The position numbers and the translations under genes are program-made. Shown in pieces: positions 1 through 13,200 of a DNA stretch of 64,000 nt. Origin of the DNA: Prorocentrum cordatum (taxonomy: Eukaryota); NCBI GenBank assembly GCA_963575745.1, contig CAUYUJ010000002.1, forward strand, positions 1,426,001 to 1,490,000. The letters run 5' to 3'. The notes under the pieces were generated by a model. It searched no databases, was not told the origin of the DNA, and saw only the letters and a list, made by a program, of their open reading frames with translations. Position 1 is the first letter of the stretch. Every line of letters begins with the position of its first letter.

Positions 1-19
1 GATTGGGGCCTCGCCTGGA

Positions 20-155
20 GAGAGAGAGAGAGAGAGACAGAAAAAAAGGAACAGACAGACAGACAGACAGACAGATAGACAGACAGACAGACGGAAGGAC
101 GGACGGACAGACGGACAGACGGACAGACAGCGAGAGAGAGAGAGAGAAGGACAGA
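20..155. repeat. (GA)n/(GACA)n microsatellite
   Basis: Direct tandem gagaga and gacagaca runs. Confidence 0.9.
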
Positions 156-333
156 GTGCAAGGTCGAGAGCGGCGGGTCGCGCCACCCAGCTCGCCCGGC
201 CGCGGCCACAAACCGACCGCACCCGAGCGGCACCGCCCGAAGGCAATGCCCGGCGAGCACCCGCACTCGAACATCACCTCCCCGCACGCAGGCCACCGAA
301 GCGAGATTCACCAATCGTATGACGACCTACCAG

Positions 334-475
334 ACCACCCCAACCCAACCCGAAGACCCGAGTTTCGGGCTGGAGATGGGTACGGGTTCCATATGTGGCT
401 TCCCAATGTTCCCTGGCCCCCCCTCCCACTGGAAATGGAGGGCAAACTGAGGCCTTCGGGTTGGGTTGGGGTGGT
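334..475. mobile_element. Small foldback/MITE-like element with ~32-bp terminal inverted repeats
   Basis: accaccccaacccaacccgaagacccgagttt versus the reverse complement of aaactgaggccttcgggttgggttggggtggt; a related partial copy lies at ~29110-29175; no TSD identified. Confidence 0.65.
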
Positions 476-702
476 TTATGAGTGGTGAATTAAACCTGCG
501 CGCCCCCATGGCACACCAAGTCGGCATGGCGCTGCAACTACACCGCGCCGATGCACCCGGCCGGCGTCTCTCCAACGCGGCGGCCTGGCCCACGCGAGCG
601 CACCTCCCGCAGCCGCCATCGTGCACCGCGCCGCCGAAGACGAGCTCGCCTAACGGCGGCGCCGCATCGGCACCGCCGAATTAGAACAAGTCGACGAACA
701 AG

Positions 703-1530
703 TTCTCCTCCGTTCTCCTCCTCCTCCGCCTCGTCGTACTTCCTCCTCTCTCATCTTCCTCCTCTCTGCTCTTCCTCCTCCTCCTCATTCCTCCTCCTTC
801 CTCCTCCTTCCTCCTTCATCCTCCTTCCTCCTCCTCTCTCCTCGTCCTCCTCTCTCCTCCTCGTCATCCTCCTTCCAGTTCCTTCCTCCTCCTCCTCCTC
901 CTCCTCCTATCCTCTCTCCTCTCTCCTTTCTCCTATCTCCTTCTCCTGCTACTCATCCTCCTCCTCCGCCTCCTCCGCCTCCTCCTCCTCTTCCTTCTCC
1001 TCCTGCTCCTCCTGCTCCTCCTGCTCCTCCTGCTCCTCTCCCTCCTCCTCCTCCTTATCCTCCTCCTATTCCTCCCCCTCCTCCTCCTCCTCCTCCTCCT
1101 CCTCCCCCTCCTCATCCTCCTCTTCCTCCTCCTCCTCCTCCTCCTTCTCCTCCTCCTCCTTCCTCCTCCTCCTCCTCTTTGTCCTATTTCTCCACTCCCT
1201 CCTCTTTCCCCTCTTCCTCCTCTTCTTCCTCTTCCTACTCCTCCTCTTCCTCATGCTCCTCCTCCAACTTCTTCTCCTCCTCCTCCTCCTCCTCCTCCTC
1301 CTCCTCCTCCTTGTCCCCCCCTCCTCCTCCTCCTCCTCCTCCTCCTCCTCCTCCTCCTCCTCCTCCTCCTCCTCCTCCTCCTCCTATTCCTCCTCCTCCT
1401 CCTCCTCCTCCTCCTCCTCCTCCTCCTCCTGCTCCTCCTCCTCCTCCGCCTCCTCCTGCTCCTTCCTCTCTCTCCTCCTCCTCCTCCTCCTCCTCCTCCT
1501 CCTCCTCCTCCTCCTCCTCCTCCTCCTCCT
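703..1530. repeat. (CCT)n degenerate microsatellite
   Basis: Continuous tcc/cct triplets. Confidence 0.95.
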
Positions 1531-1898
1531 CACGCTCCTCCGACCACCCAAGCCACGACCTCCGAGCGCATGCCGACGCGGCAGTCTGGTAGTGCGCGCG
1601 GTGTGGGACCACCACGGCGCGCGAGGGCGGCGTGCTCTCAAGGGCCTTGCTGGCTCCTGCTTGCCGGCGGGGCGCCCCCTCACCGAGGCGAGTCGGGAGG
1701 CGCTGGGCCGCTTGGCGAGGGGGCTCTGGCCAGGCACCTCCCAAGCGACGCGGGACTGGGACGCCGGCCGCCTTGCCCGCAGAGGTCGCGACGTGAAGAG
1801 GCGGTGAGTGCCGCGCGAGGCGGCCGGGGCGCTCATCCTCCTCCTCTTCTTCTTCCTCCCTCACTCCCTGGACTTTGCCCGAGTGGCGGCAAAAAAAA

Positions 1899-1910
1899 TC
1901 ATCATCATCG

Positions 1911-1955
<45 letters not shown>

Positions 1956-2199
1956 CCATCACCATCACCATCACCATCATCATCATCACCACCATCATCA
2001 TCATCATCATCATCATCATCATTATCATTATCAGCATCAGCATCAGCATCAGCATCATCATCATCATCACCATCCTACTCCTCCTCCTCCTCCTCCTCCT
2101 TCTCCTCATCCTCCTCATCCTCATCATCATCACCATCACCATCGTCAGCATCAGCATCAGCATGAGCATCAGCATCAGCATGAGCATCATCAGCATAGC

Positions 2200-2257
<58 letters not shown>

Positions 2258-2507
2258 GTCATCGTCATCGTCATCGGTATCATCATCGTCATCATCAACA
2301 TCAACGTCATGATCATATGGTCATGATCATCGTCACCACCGTCATCATCAGCGTCACAATCATCGGCAGCAGCATCGACATCACCATCAGCATCAGCATC
2401 CTTATCATCATCATCGTCATAATTAGCATCATCATCGTCACCATCATGATCACAATCCTCAGAAGTAGCGTCATCATCAGCACCAGCATCATCACTATCA
2501 TCGTCAC

Positions 2508-2552
<45 letters not shown>

Positions 2553-2576
2553 AATCAGCATCGTCATCGTCATCAC

Positions 2577-2614
<38 letters not shown>

Positions 2615-3517
2615 GCATCATTACCATAAACATCATCAGCATCGTCATCATCGTCATCGTCATCCCAATCACCAACATCATCATCAACTCCAGTAGCATC
2701 CTTCTCATCAACATCAGCATCAACATCAGCACCATCATCAGCATTGCCGCATGCATCTTCATCAGCCACATCGTCATCCTCATCGCCATTATCATCAGCA
2801 TCCTCATCATGAGTAGCTTAGTACATCATCATCAGCATCAGCATCATCAGTGTCATCAACACCATCATCACGATCAGAACCAGATTCATCATCAGCATCA
2901 TCATCAGCATCATCATCATCTTCATCATCACCATGATTCAGATTCATCACCATCAGCAACAACATCCTCATCATTATCAACATCATCACCATCATCATCA
3001 CATGATCATCATCACCTTCATCGTCACAATCACCTTCCCCATCACCATCAGCATCATCATCATCATCATCATTATCATCATCATCATCATCATCATCAGC
3101 ACCATCGTCATCATCAACAGCAACATCAGCATCAGCATCAAGATCAGCAACATCATCACCACCATCGTCAACCTCCCCCCTCCGCTCGACACCCACCCCG
3201 CCGTGACCTCCTCCTCCTCCTCCTCCTCCTCCTCCACTTCATCCGTCTTGTGCCCTTCCTCCCCGTCACCCCGCGTTGCTCTTCCTCCTCCCCCTGACCA
3301 GTCTTCCCCGCCCCATCCTCCACATCATCCACATCATCGCCCTCATCATCATGACCACCACAAGCATCATCATCATCATCATCAGCATCATCCTCATCAT
3401 CATTATCATTATCATCCTCATCCCCATGCTCATCCTCATCCTCATCCTCATCCTCCTCCTCCTCAGCCTCATCATCATCATCATCATCATCATCATCAGT
3501 ATCGTCATCATCATCAT

Positions 3518-3548
<31 letters not shown>

Positions 3549-3680
3549 GTCATCATCACCATCATCATCAGCATGCCCCTCCTCCTCCTTCTCTTTCTTC
3601 TCCTCCTCCTCCCCCATTTACCCCCTCCTCCCGAACCTCCTCCTAGTCCTCATCCTCCCCCTTCTCCCCCTCCTCCTCGT
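1899..3680. repeat. (CAT)n/(CAG)n/(CCT)n compound microsatellite
   Basis: ~1.8 kb of catcat runs; source of the poly-H/I/S/M/D ORFs. Confidence 0.95.
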
Positions 3681-4188
3681 CCCCCTCGCCCGTCCACCAC
3701 CTCCCCTTACGGAGACGAGAAGTCAACAACTACTCCCCGGACCTCTCCAAACCTGCCTTCTGACAAGAATCTCGAGGGGAATCCAGCCGTGGCGACGCGG
3801 GGTCTCCAGGATGAGCAGCGATTCTTTTATCATCGTTTCCTCCCCTGACCCCCGCCTTTCCCCCGCGCCTGGTCAGGCTTTGAGTCACGCACAGACAGCC
3901 CACCCCGGGTCGTCTTCGCGGGCCTGAACAGGCCCCCGAAGAGCTCAGCAGGCCCCCCGCGTGCCCCGGGCTGGTCTCAGCACACTGGCGCCACCTCAGC
4001 CAGCGCCCCCCAGGGCGTTCCCCGCCCCAGGGTGTGGGTGCGTTGAGATCGCCCTGGACTTCTCGGGGGGCCTGTTGAGGCCAGCGGGGACTACCTGGGA
4101 AGGCTGCCTGTGCGCAATCCGAAGCCCAGACATCCGGCGTCTCGCTTTTCTCGAGGCACGGGCCCCGGACCTTGAGCTGCTTTTTGAC

Positions 4189-4442
4189 TCTTGTTGACCC
4201 GAAAGGGAGTCCAGCTGAAAGGGGGTGCTGCAATAGATTTGCGGCAATTGTATTGCCAATGTATTGCGCTCGAGAGTTGTCTTGCATTGTATTGCAAGTA
4301 ATGTACTGCACGCGAAAATCCAGCAATACGTTTGCGCTCCGAAATTGTTTACACGCCCCAAATATACTGCAACCCACAAATATATTGCACCAAAGCTATT
4401 GCACAACCCCCTTGTCGCTGGACCCATTTGGGCTCAACCAGA
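4189..4442. mobile_element. MITE, ~50-bp imperfect TIRs, 5-bp TSD TTGAC
   Basis: Left tcttgttgacccgaaagggagtccagctgaaagggggtgctgcaatagatttg; right (rc) tctggttgagcccaaatgggtccagcgacaagggggttgtgcaatagctttg; ttgac at 4184-4188 and 4443-4447. Confidence 0.85.
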
Positions 4443-5477
4443 TTGACGGTCCCCAGGCCCTGCGAGGACCTCGAGGGGCTGAATAACGATGAAACACAAC
4501 CGTCTTGGCTTTCTCGAAACGCGCGATGTCTGGGAGCCTCGCTATCCCCGCCTGAGAGACGATAGAAAACGGGTCTCACGGGGGACGGCATAGAGACATT
4601 ACGCGGTGGCTGACCCGGGCCGCCAGCGCGGCACGCCACACTGGAGACGAGGGCGTTCGCGCGCGACCTTACGCGGGCAGCTTACGCGCCAACGGCGGCA
4701 CAGACGACACAATTGTTTGGCTTATGTTGTTACAGTCGTACTTAAGAACCTCTTGGTGCTCGAAATGCTTTCTGGCGATCAAGGCTAAAAGGAGGATGGA
4801 ACATCATCGCACGAGAGAAACACCCCAATTAATGGATGGTTTTCGCTGAGGAGATCGACCGGGAACCCAGGAGCCCAGGAACCCAAATCCAACCGAAATC
4901 GGCCCGGAACCAATGACCAGGAACCCAGGAAACCGGAACCGGGAACCCGGGAACCCAGCCTGCCGCCAAAAGCGGCGGGAAACTTTCCCAAATCTTTCAG
5001 CTTCCGCTGGGACCCCTTCAGTGCAGGCACTGAGTGGGGGAATAATTTCTGGCGTCGCTCATCCCCCTTCGGAGATCTTCTGACCGGGTCAATCCAGACC
5101 CAGGTCAGTCAGGCCCTGCAGAATCCTGCGAGATCCTACACCCAAACCGGGGTCAACGCGAAGGATCCTGCAAAATCCTGCAGGATCCCGCACCCAAGCC
5201 CGGGTCAGTGCGACCCCGGCCCTGCAGGATCCTGCAAGATCGGGCGCTCTGGCTGACCCCCGTCTGCATGGACCCCCGTCTCTTGAGCCCCGGGAGTCTC
5301 CTCCGGGCTCTGCCTGGCGCGGTAGCACGCCAGCCACGCGGGCTCCTCTGGGGCCGCGGCGGCCATGGCTGGGCGCCCCGCCCGCCTCGCGGGCGGCCCG
5401 CGGCCCCGCGGGCCCAGGCCGAGGACGAGAGAGAGGGGAGCAAGAGCAGGGCACGGGTGCGCTCGCGCCGCGTCTGA

Positions 5478-5679
5478 CAGTGTCGGACTGGAAGGGATGG
5501 GAGGGATGGGAGGGATGGGTAGGATGAGGAGGGGAGGGGCAGGGTGATGGGTAGGATGATGGGGGAGGGGTAGGATGATGGGGGGAGGGGTCGGTCATCT
5601 GCCAATGCCAGATTGGGAGGGATGGGAGGGTGGGGTAGGATGGTCCTGCCGCTCCCTCCCATCCCTTCCAGTGGCGCTG
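5478..5679. mobile_element. MITE-like element with CAG-initial TIRs and internal GGGTAGGATG/GGGAGGGAT repeats
   Basis: cagtgtcggactggaagggatgggaggga ... tccctcccatcccttccagtggcgctg; no clear TSD. Confidence 0.55.
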
Positions 5680-6199
5680 GCTGTTCCCCATCAGCGGGCG
5701 CGCGCCACAGGCAACCTGAGACTCCCACAGAGAGACCACTTCGTGTTATGCACCATCGGAAAACGAGGAGCTGTGTACACAGGAAGAGGAGGATGAGGAG
5801 GAGAAGATGGCGGGGGAGCAGGAGGATGAGCGGGAGGAAAAGAAAGGTTGAGGACGAATAGCAGCAGCAGGCGGAAGAGGGGAAATGAGGCGAGCGACAA
5901 CGACGAATAAAGACTCGGGTCCAGAGAAGTGGCCTGCGCTGGGGCGAGAAAAACAGAAGCAACAGGAACTGGAGTAAAAAGAACGGAAGAAGAAGAGGAC
6001 CAGGGGAAGGCGCAAGAGGGGAAATGAGGGGGTGGACCACACTCAAGCAAGACTCGGAACCATAAGAGTGGCTCGCGCTGAGGCGAGAGCGCCATTCTGA
6101 ACGACGGGAGCAAAGCGCCAATCCAAAAATGAGGCTCACGAGCGGGAGCGTAAAATTGACACACAGAAAGCAATCGGTTTGTAAGCAAAAGCGATCAGA

Positions 6200-6269
6200 C
6201 AACAGCAGCAACAACAACAACAACCAACAGCAACAACCACAACAACAACAGCAACAACAACAACATCAG

Positions 6270-6316
<47 letters not shown>

Positions 6317-6445
6317 GCATCACCATCAACAACAACAACACCAACACCAACAGCAACCACAACCACAACCACAATCACAACACTAGCCACAACAACCACA
6401 ACAACAGCAACCACAACAACAGCAACAACAACAACAACAACGACA
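6200..6445. repeat. (CAA)n/(CAT)n microsatellite
   Basis: Direct observation. Confidence 0.9.
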
Positions 6446-6785
6446 GCAAACAGTGTCTGAAACTGTGGCCCGATGGTGCGAATGGCCTGGGGCTGTGGTC
6501 CAGACCGCACGGAACGAAATCGTTGTAGGCAAGGAACATGCCTGAGTCGCAGGAAGACCGCAAGAGGGTTCGCGAGGGCCCCCAGGGCAGTCACAGGATG
6601 GCTCATGCGTGAAACCAACAGAGTAGACCTCCATGTTGGAATATGTCAGGGCAGAGAGAAAGCCTCCAGAGTGTCCCAAGAGGCCTCAAGTCGGTCACAA
6701 GATGATACACAAGGCAAAACTATGACACGTACGATTCCTCGTTGGGAAGATGCAACTCCCGTGTATGTAGGGCCTCGCAGCGCAG

Positions 6786-7175
6786 GGTGTGTGTGTGTGT
6801 TGTGTGTAGGTTGTGCGTTATGTGTGTTGTGTTGTGTGCGTGTGCTGTATGTCTTGTGTGGTGTGCTGTGTGTGTGTCGTGTGTGTGTGTGTGTGTTGCG
6901 GGAGTGGTGTGTGTGTGTGCGTGCGTGTGCGCGTGCGCGTGCGTGTGCGTGTGCATGTGCGTGTGCGTATGCGTGTGCGTGTGCGTGTGCGTGTGCATGT
7001 GCGTGCGTGTGCATGTTTGTGTGTGTGTGTGTGTGGGTGGGGGGGTGGGTTGGTGGGTGGGTGGGCGTGCGCGCGTGCGGGTGTGGGTGTGGATGTGGGT
7101 GTGGGTGTGGGTGTGGGTGTGGGTGTGCGTGTGGGTGTGGGTGTGGGTGTGGGTGTGAGTGTGGGTGTGCGCGTG
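6786..7175. repeat. (GT)n/(GCGTGT)n/(GGGTGT)n microsatellite
   Basis: Direct observation. Confidence 0.9.
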
Positions 7176-7350
7176 GGCGTGTTGGTCTTTGCGACGTGCG
7201 GTTGGTACAGCTGAACGTTGGTGCACAACGGGCACACCAGAAGGAATCGTTTCCCAAGTATGCTCTAGCATGCGAGGGTTCCTTGCTGGCATCATAACTT
7301 GCGTCATCGGAAACCTCTGCCATCTGTGCGCCTGCGTTGGGCCGGGCGCT

Positions 7351-7622
7351 TTGGCCCTCGAAGAGTGGCGACCCTCGCAAGGACGGTGCCCCTCCTGGTG
7401 GGCAGGAGCCAGCTCCGTGGGCCAGCTATGGGCCGAGAACCTTGGCCTTCAAAGGTGGCAACCTTCACGGGGATGGCGCTCCTCCCAACAGGCTCGAGGA
7501 CTCTGCCGGCTCGGTGGGCCAGCTGTGGGCCGCGCGTTTTGGCACTCGAAGAAGGACTGGCAACCCTCACGCGGATGGTGCCCCTCCTGGTGGGCCAGAA
7601 GCCTCTGCGGACCCTGTGGGCC
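7351..7622. repeat. Three degenerate ~90-100-bp tandem units
   Basis: Recurring ttggc..tc.aag..tggc.accct...gga.gg.gc.cctcc at ~7351, ~7442 and ~7539. Confidence 0.6.
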
Positions 7623-7959
7623 ACTGTAGGCTGGATGAGTAGAGGAACAAACAACGGCAGCAACGTCAAGGCTCGACGGTCCGCGCGGACTTCTTGGGTT
7701 GAGCGCGGATCCAAGAAATCTGCGCTGAGCTCCTGAAGTTCACGTATATGCAACTGTTTGTTTGGAAGGGAGGGAGAGAGGGAGGGAGTAGGAGGAGAAG
7801 GAAGAGGAGAAAGAGGAAGAGAGGTGGTGGTGGGAACCGCGGCATGGACACGAAGTCGTGGTCATCTGATGAAAACCCTCAGTTCGACAGTTAGGGTAAA
7901 TGAGAGCCTGAGAAAAACATCATGCCAGCAAACTGCTCTCTGCTCCAACAAGCGATCCG

Positions 7960-8700
7960 AGGAGGGGCATGAAGAGGAAGGAGAAAATGAGGGAGGAGGG
8001 AAGGAAGGGCATGAACAAAGGAGGAATGGAAGGAGAGGAGGGAGGGAATGTAAGAGGGAGGAGGGGAGGAAAGAGGAGAGGAGGAGGAGGAGGAGGAAGA
8101 GGAGGAGAAGGAGGAAGAGGAGGAGGAGAGGGGGAGGGGGGGAGGGGAGGAGGGGAGGAGAGGAGGAGAGGAGACGGAGAGGAGAGGAAGGAGGGGAGGC
8201 GTAGCATGAAGAGGAGGAGGAAGAGTAGGAGGAGGAGGAGGAGGGGGAGGAGGAGGAGGAGGAGGAGAGGAGGGGAGGAGAGGAGGGGAGGAGAGGAGGA
8301 GGGGGAGGGGGAGCGGCAGGAGGGGAGGGAGGAGAGGGAGGAGGAGAAGAGGAGGGGGGAGGGGATCGAGGAGGAGAGGAGGGAGGAGGAGCGGCAGAGG
8401 AGATTTTTCGAAGACGACGACGACGACGACGATGACGACGACGACGAGCGTCGGGCACCCGCGGCCCCCGGGGGAGCTGGCCCGCCCGCGCGCAAGGCGC
8501 AGGCCCGGCGCCCCCGCTCAGTACGGGTCGCAGGTGGTCTGAGGGAGGAGGGGGGGCAGGGTCGAGGGCGGCTCGCCTTTTCGCCACAGACCTCCGACGC
8601 ATTGAAACAGGAGGAGGAGGAGGAACTTTCCCAAGAGCTTTCCCAATCTGACAGCATCAGAGAGGAGGAGAAGGAGGAGGAGGAGGAGGAGGAGAGTTCG
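7960..8700. repeat. (GGA)n purine-rich microsatellite with a (GAC)n stretch
   Basis: Direct observation. Confidence 0.9.
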
Positions 8701-8887
8701 GAGGCTTTTCGCCGTTTTCGGCATCCGCGGGCCTTTGCTGGGCCCTGGGACCGTCACAGAGCGACTCGGAATGAAGAACCGGCCCCGGGGACAAGAGTTA
8801 AAACTTCCGAGAGCCGCGCACTGAAAATAACTATGGCGAAGGACCAACCCATAGGCATGTGTGAGCAACGCAATTGTGAGAACCAAC

Positions 8888-10100
8888 TTCGGTGGAGAGC
8901 CCCCTATGGGGCCATGAAACACGTGAGGGGCGTGCCGACCTGGGACGTGCGGACGCATGTGGACCCTGCCACTGTGGCCTTCGGTGGAGCTCCCTATGGG
9001 GTCACGAAACACGTGAGGGGCGTGCCGACCTGGGACGTGCGGACGCATGTGGACCCTGTGTTTGTGGCCTTCGGTGGAGCTCCCTATGGGGCCACGAAAC
9101 ACGTGAGGGGTGTGCCGAAATGTGTCGGGTGGACGCATGTGGGCCCCCCCACTGGAGCCTTCGGTGGAGCTCCCCATTGGGCCACAAATCGTGTGAAATG
9201 CGCGCCGAAATGGGACGGGCGGACCCATGTGGACTCTCACACACGAACGGTGCGAGGCGCGTGCCGAAATGGGTCCGGAGGACGCATGTGGACGCTTCCA
9301 TTGGGGCCTTCGATGGAGCTCCCTGTGGGGCCACGAAACGTTTGAGGGGTGTCCTGAAATGGGTAGAGCGGACGCATGTGGACCCTGCCGCTGGTGCCCT
9401 CGGTGAAGCCCGCATGGGGACACAAAACGAATGAGGGATGTGCCGACATGGGTCGGGCGGACGCATGTGGACACTGCCACTGTGGCCTTCGGTGGAACCC
9501 CTATGGGGCCACCAAAGGGGTGAGGGATGTGCCGACACGAGTCGGGCGGCCACATGTGGACACTGCCACTGTGGCCTCTGGTGGAGCTCCCTATCGGGCC
9601 ACGAAACGTGCGAGGGGCGTGCCGAAATCGTGCTGACGGACGCATGTAGGCTCTCTGGAGCCTTCGGTGGAGCCCCCTCATGAACCCAAGCAACGTGTGA
9701 GGAGTGTGCCAACATGTGCGGGGGAACGCATGTGGACACTGCCATTTGGGCCTTTGGTGGAGCTCCCTTGTGGGGTCACCAAGCGGGTGAGGGGTATGCC
9801 GACATGGGACCTGCAGGCGCATGTGGACCCTGCCACTGGTGCCTTCCTTGAGCTCCCTATGGGACCACGAAGCCTGTGAGGGATGCGCCGAGATTGGTCC
9901 GGTAGGCTCACGTGGACCCTGCCGTTGGGTCCTCCAGGAGAACTCCCTACAGGGACACGGGCCGCGTGAGGGGTGTGGCGAACTGGGGCGGGGGGGGCAT
10001 GTGGACCCTGCCACTGAGGCCTTCTGCGGAGTCCGCATGGGGGCACGCAGGTGCGAGGGGTGTGCCGAGATGGTTCGGTGGGACGCGGGTGGACCTCAGG
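8888..10100. repeat. 90-bp tandem minisatellite (ccttcggtggagctccctatggggccacgaaac...ggacgcatgtggaccctgccact)
   Basis: tcggtggagc recurs at 8981, 9071 and 9161 (period 90); ~13 diverging copies; further copy at ~10295-10360. Confidence 0.9.
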
Positions 10101-12199
10101 AAGCAACTGCTGGGAGGTCTTCGTCGGCAGGACCAAGGAGGGTTAAGCCCCATTGGGGGGCTGTTACGCTGGAGTGCGCCTCGGATTAAGCGGGATATAG
10201 CTGGATTAAGCGGGATTAAGCTGGATTAAGCGGAATTAGACCAGATTTCGGACCAGGGCAAAATCAGAATTTGACCTCCCAGGAGTTGCATCCGAATGGA
10301 CCCTGCCACTGTCAGTGAAGCTCCACATGGAGGCCACGAAACGTTCACGGGTGTGCCTGCATAGTGAAGATGATGTAGGAGAAGGAGGAGGAGGAGGAGG
10401 AGGAGAAGTAGGAGGAGGAGGAGGAGGTGGAGAAGGAGAAAGAGGAGAAGGAGGAGAAGGAGGGGAAGGACGACCGGTGAGGGAGAGAGGAACGCGGGGA
10501 GTTGTCTCTTGAGAACGAACAAGCAACACCACAGGATGGTCGGGCAAAGCGATACATCGGATCCATGGGTCCTCGTCCTGCTCGTGGGCCCCCCCTGGCA
10601 CGCCCCCCAACTCCTCCTAAGAATACCGTGCCCCCTTTCCAGATTCAGTCTCCTCATGCTGATCCTCCGCATCCTCCCCCTTCTTATAGTCAGCCTCCCT
10701 CTGCGCATCATCCCTTCTCGGTCTCCTGCTCCTGACCCCTTGCAGGTCCAGGCCTCTTCCCTCCCCCAACCCTCCTCACCACTCATGCTGATCATTGTCG
10801 TTGCCCCGTCGATGACAATCACATCATCCTCATCCCTCCTCGTACTCCTCCTCCTTGCCCTCTTCTGCCTCCTCCTCCTCCTTTTCCTCCTCCTCCTCTT
10901 CCTCTTCCTCATCCTCCGTCTCATCATCACAATGAGCATCACCATCACCATAAACAACGGCATACTTATGTTGTCATAGCCTAAAGTTGATCATAAACAA
11001 CAACACCATCCACATCTCCACTCCCACCATCATCACCAGCCCAAACAGCATCATCACCATCTGCGTCATCATCAGCAGCATCATCATCACCATCATCACC
11101 ATCATCACCAGCATCATCATCATCAGCATCATCGTCATCATCATCATCATCATCATCAGCAGCATCATCATCATCAACATCTCCATCGCTTTCTCGACCT
11201 GCCCCGCCAACCCTTTCCAGTGCCAGTGGTCCTGGCTCAAAGCGCAACTGGGGGAGGGGTGCCTGTGTTCAGGGGCGAGGGTTGCAGCACCCTTTCTGAA
11301 TCCGTACTTTAACGCGGACCGTCAGCCCACCTAGTCCCCGTCGTCGTCGTCGGTCGTCGTCGGCATCGTCGTGGTCGCCTTGCGTGTTGGTATGTTCGGT
11401 CCTTGTTGCCCTCATGCTGTGACCCCTCCATCCGCCCTAGCTCGCCCTGTTCTCATTATCCCCTTGTTCGTCCCTGGTCTGCTCGACGCAGCCTCCTTCC
11501 TCGAGTCGCGGAGATGAACAACCGGAGCATCTAAACGATCCTGGCGAAAAACCCAACCAAATGCAGGTGCGAATACCGCGATGCAGGTGAGACGAAGGTG
11601 GGGGAAACCTCCGTACGGGGCCACGAGAACTGTGAATGGCGTGTTCAAGCGGGCATGCGGTGGGTGGAGGGCGACATGACAACCTTGTCATTGGGATGTT
11701 TGGTCGCTTGTTGTGGGGTCGCGAACTGGGTGAAGAGCGCGCCGGCATGGACATGCTGCGAACGGGAAGCCGCAGGCTCACCCTGGCACTGAAGCGTTCT
11801 GCTCATGACGCAGCAGAGCGCGCAGCAAGCCCCGCTCTGCTTCTGCGAAGTTGAACCGGCATTGAACCAGCTTGACCTGGCGCTGGCGGCTGGCAGACGG
11901 CCGCCCTTCGACACGCTGCCCGCCGCAGGCTCGCCAGACGCCGACGCGCGAGGGGCTTTGAGAAAGACGGGCCTCACGCGCAGGCGCCCGCTCAGGAGAC
12001 CAGCCTTCCTCGCCTGGAGCCCACTCCCCTTGTGATCGTGTTGGCCTTCCGCCACCTGCCCCTTTTCGGCCCCCTTGGACTTGGTCTTCTCACAAACCGC
12101 CCCGAAGCCGCAGCACGTGCCCCTGATCTCTTCGACATGCGGCAAAGTGCCCACACCTCAAGCACGCCTTGCGGACGCGGAAAATGATCAGCTGGTGGA

Positions 12200-13200
12200 C
12201 TACCAGATCTCAGCGTCAAGCGACCAGGACCAGCTGGGGATCTCGGACGCCCCCGTGCCTCCGCTTGGGGCGCAGGGCCCGACCGTCGACGCCGAGCTCG
12301 CGCGCGCGGGACGCCGCCAAGAAAGCCCCCTTCCCTTGGCCAGCGCAGCGGGCGTGCCGTCGCGTAGCGCGGCGGAGCTGGCAAGCACCCTTGACTTGTT
12401 CACCGCCGCCTTGAGCTTGACCCCCCGAGCTCCATGATCAGCGTCCTGTCGCTGGCCAGCATGTCCTCCTCCACGAAGTGGGCGACTCCTAAGCGCTTCA
12501 GCGCCGAATCCCGCGCGACCGCCGCCGCTGACACTCGATATTGCCGCCTGGCTAGAACGTCGAGCGGGGTGGGCAACATTGCCTTCGAGAGCGCGGTCGC
12601 GAACGCGTCGCCCAACAGCGCCATTTGCAAGATGGCCATCTCGTCAGAGCGGAGCCCCAAGCAGATCGCGCGCGGCATCCTGTAGAGACTGACCTGTAGC
12701 TCGGCCCGGCGAGGAGGGGCGCCCGCGGTGCTCGCAGGCGCCAACCAGATGCCCGCGGAGGGTCTGCTTGAGAGCCCTCCATTCGTCGAGCAGGACCGAG
12801 GCTGACGCCCAGTCCTGTTTCTCCTTGTGGACCGCCGCCACGACGTGGTCCTATTCAGCACGCGCCAGCTGCCGCCGCGCAGCTCTGTCGAAAGTCTCGC
12901 CGGCGCTGGCCCGCCAAACAAACCCGTCGCGGTTGGCCCCCGACGCTGCTTCGCCGGCGGACGTCCGGGCCGCCCCCAGACGCGCGGCAGCGCCCCCGGG
13001 GGCGCGACCGGCCGCAGCCTGGCGCCCGCCGCATGGGCGATGGCCACTTTCGTGGCGAAGTCGGGCCACTCGCAGTTGAGCTCGATTTCATAAAGAATGT
13101 CGGTGAGCGCCTCGATGCCCTCGTCGCCCAGCAGCTGCAGCTCGCGCGGCCTGAAGGAGTCGAGCGGCGAACTCATGGCCCCCTCGAAGATGCCGATGAC
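12200..13200 (-). pseudogene. Non-LTR reverse transcriptase remnant (multiple frameshifts, catalytic YxDD degenerate)
   Basis: Motifs spread over ORFs 12400..13428, 12851..13069, 12644..12841 and 12200..12403. Confidence 0.65.

Noticed and set aside
551..3848. Long poly-S/H/I/D/M/P ORFs (also at 7.9-8.7, 28-30 and 57.8-59 kb)
   Set aside because: Translations of stop-free trinucleotide microsatellites, open in several frames on both strands
8518..10038. Long repetitive ORFs over the 90-bp and 42-bp satellites
   Set aside because: Unit lengths are multiples of 3 and GC-rich; ORFs occur on both strands with no domain motifs
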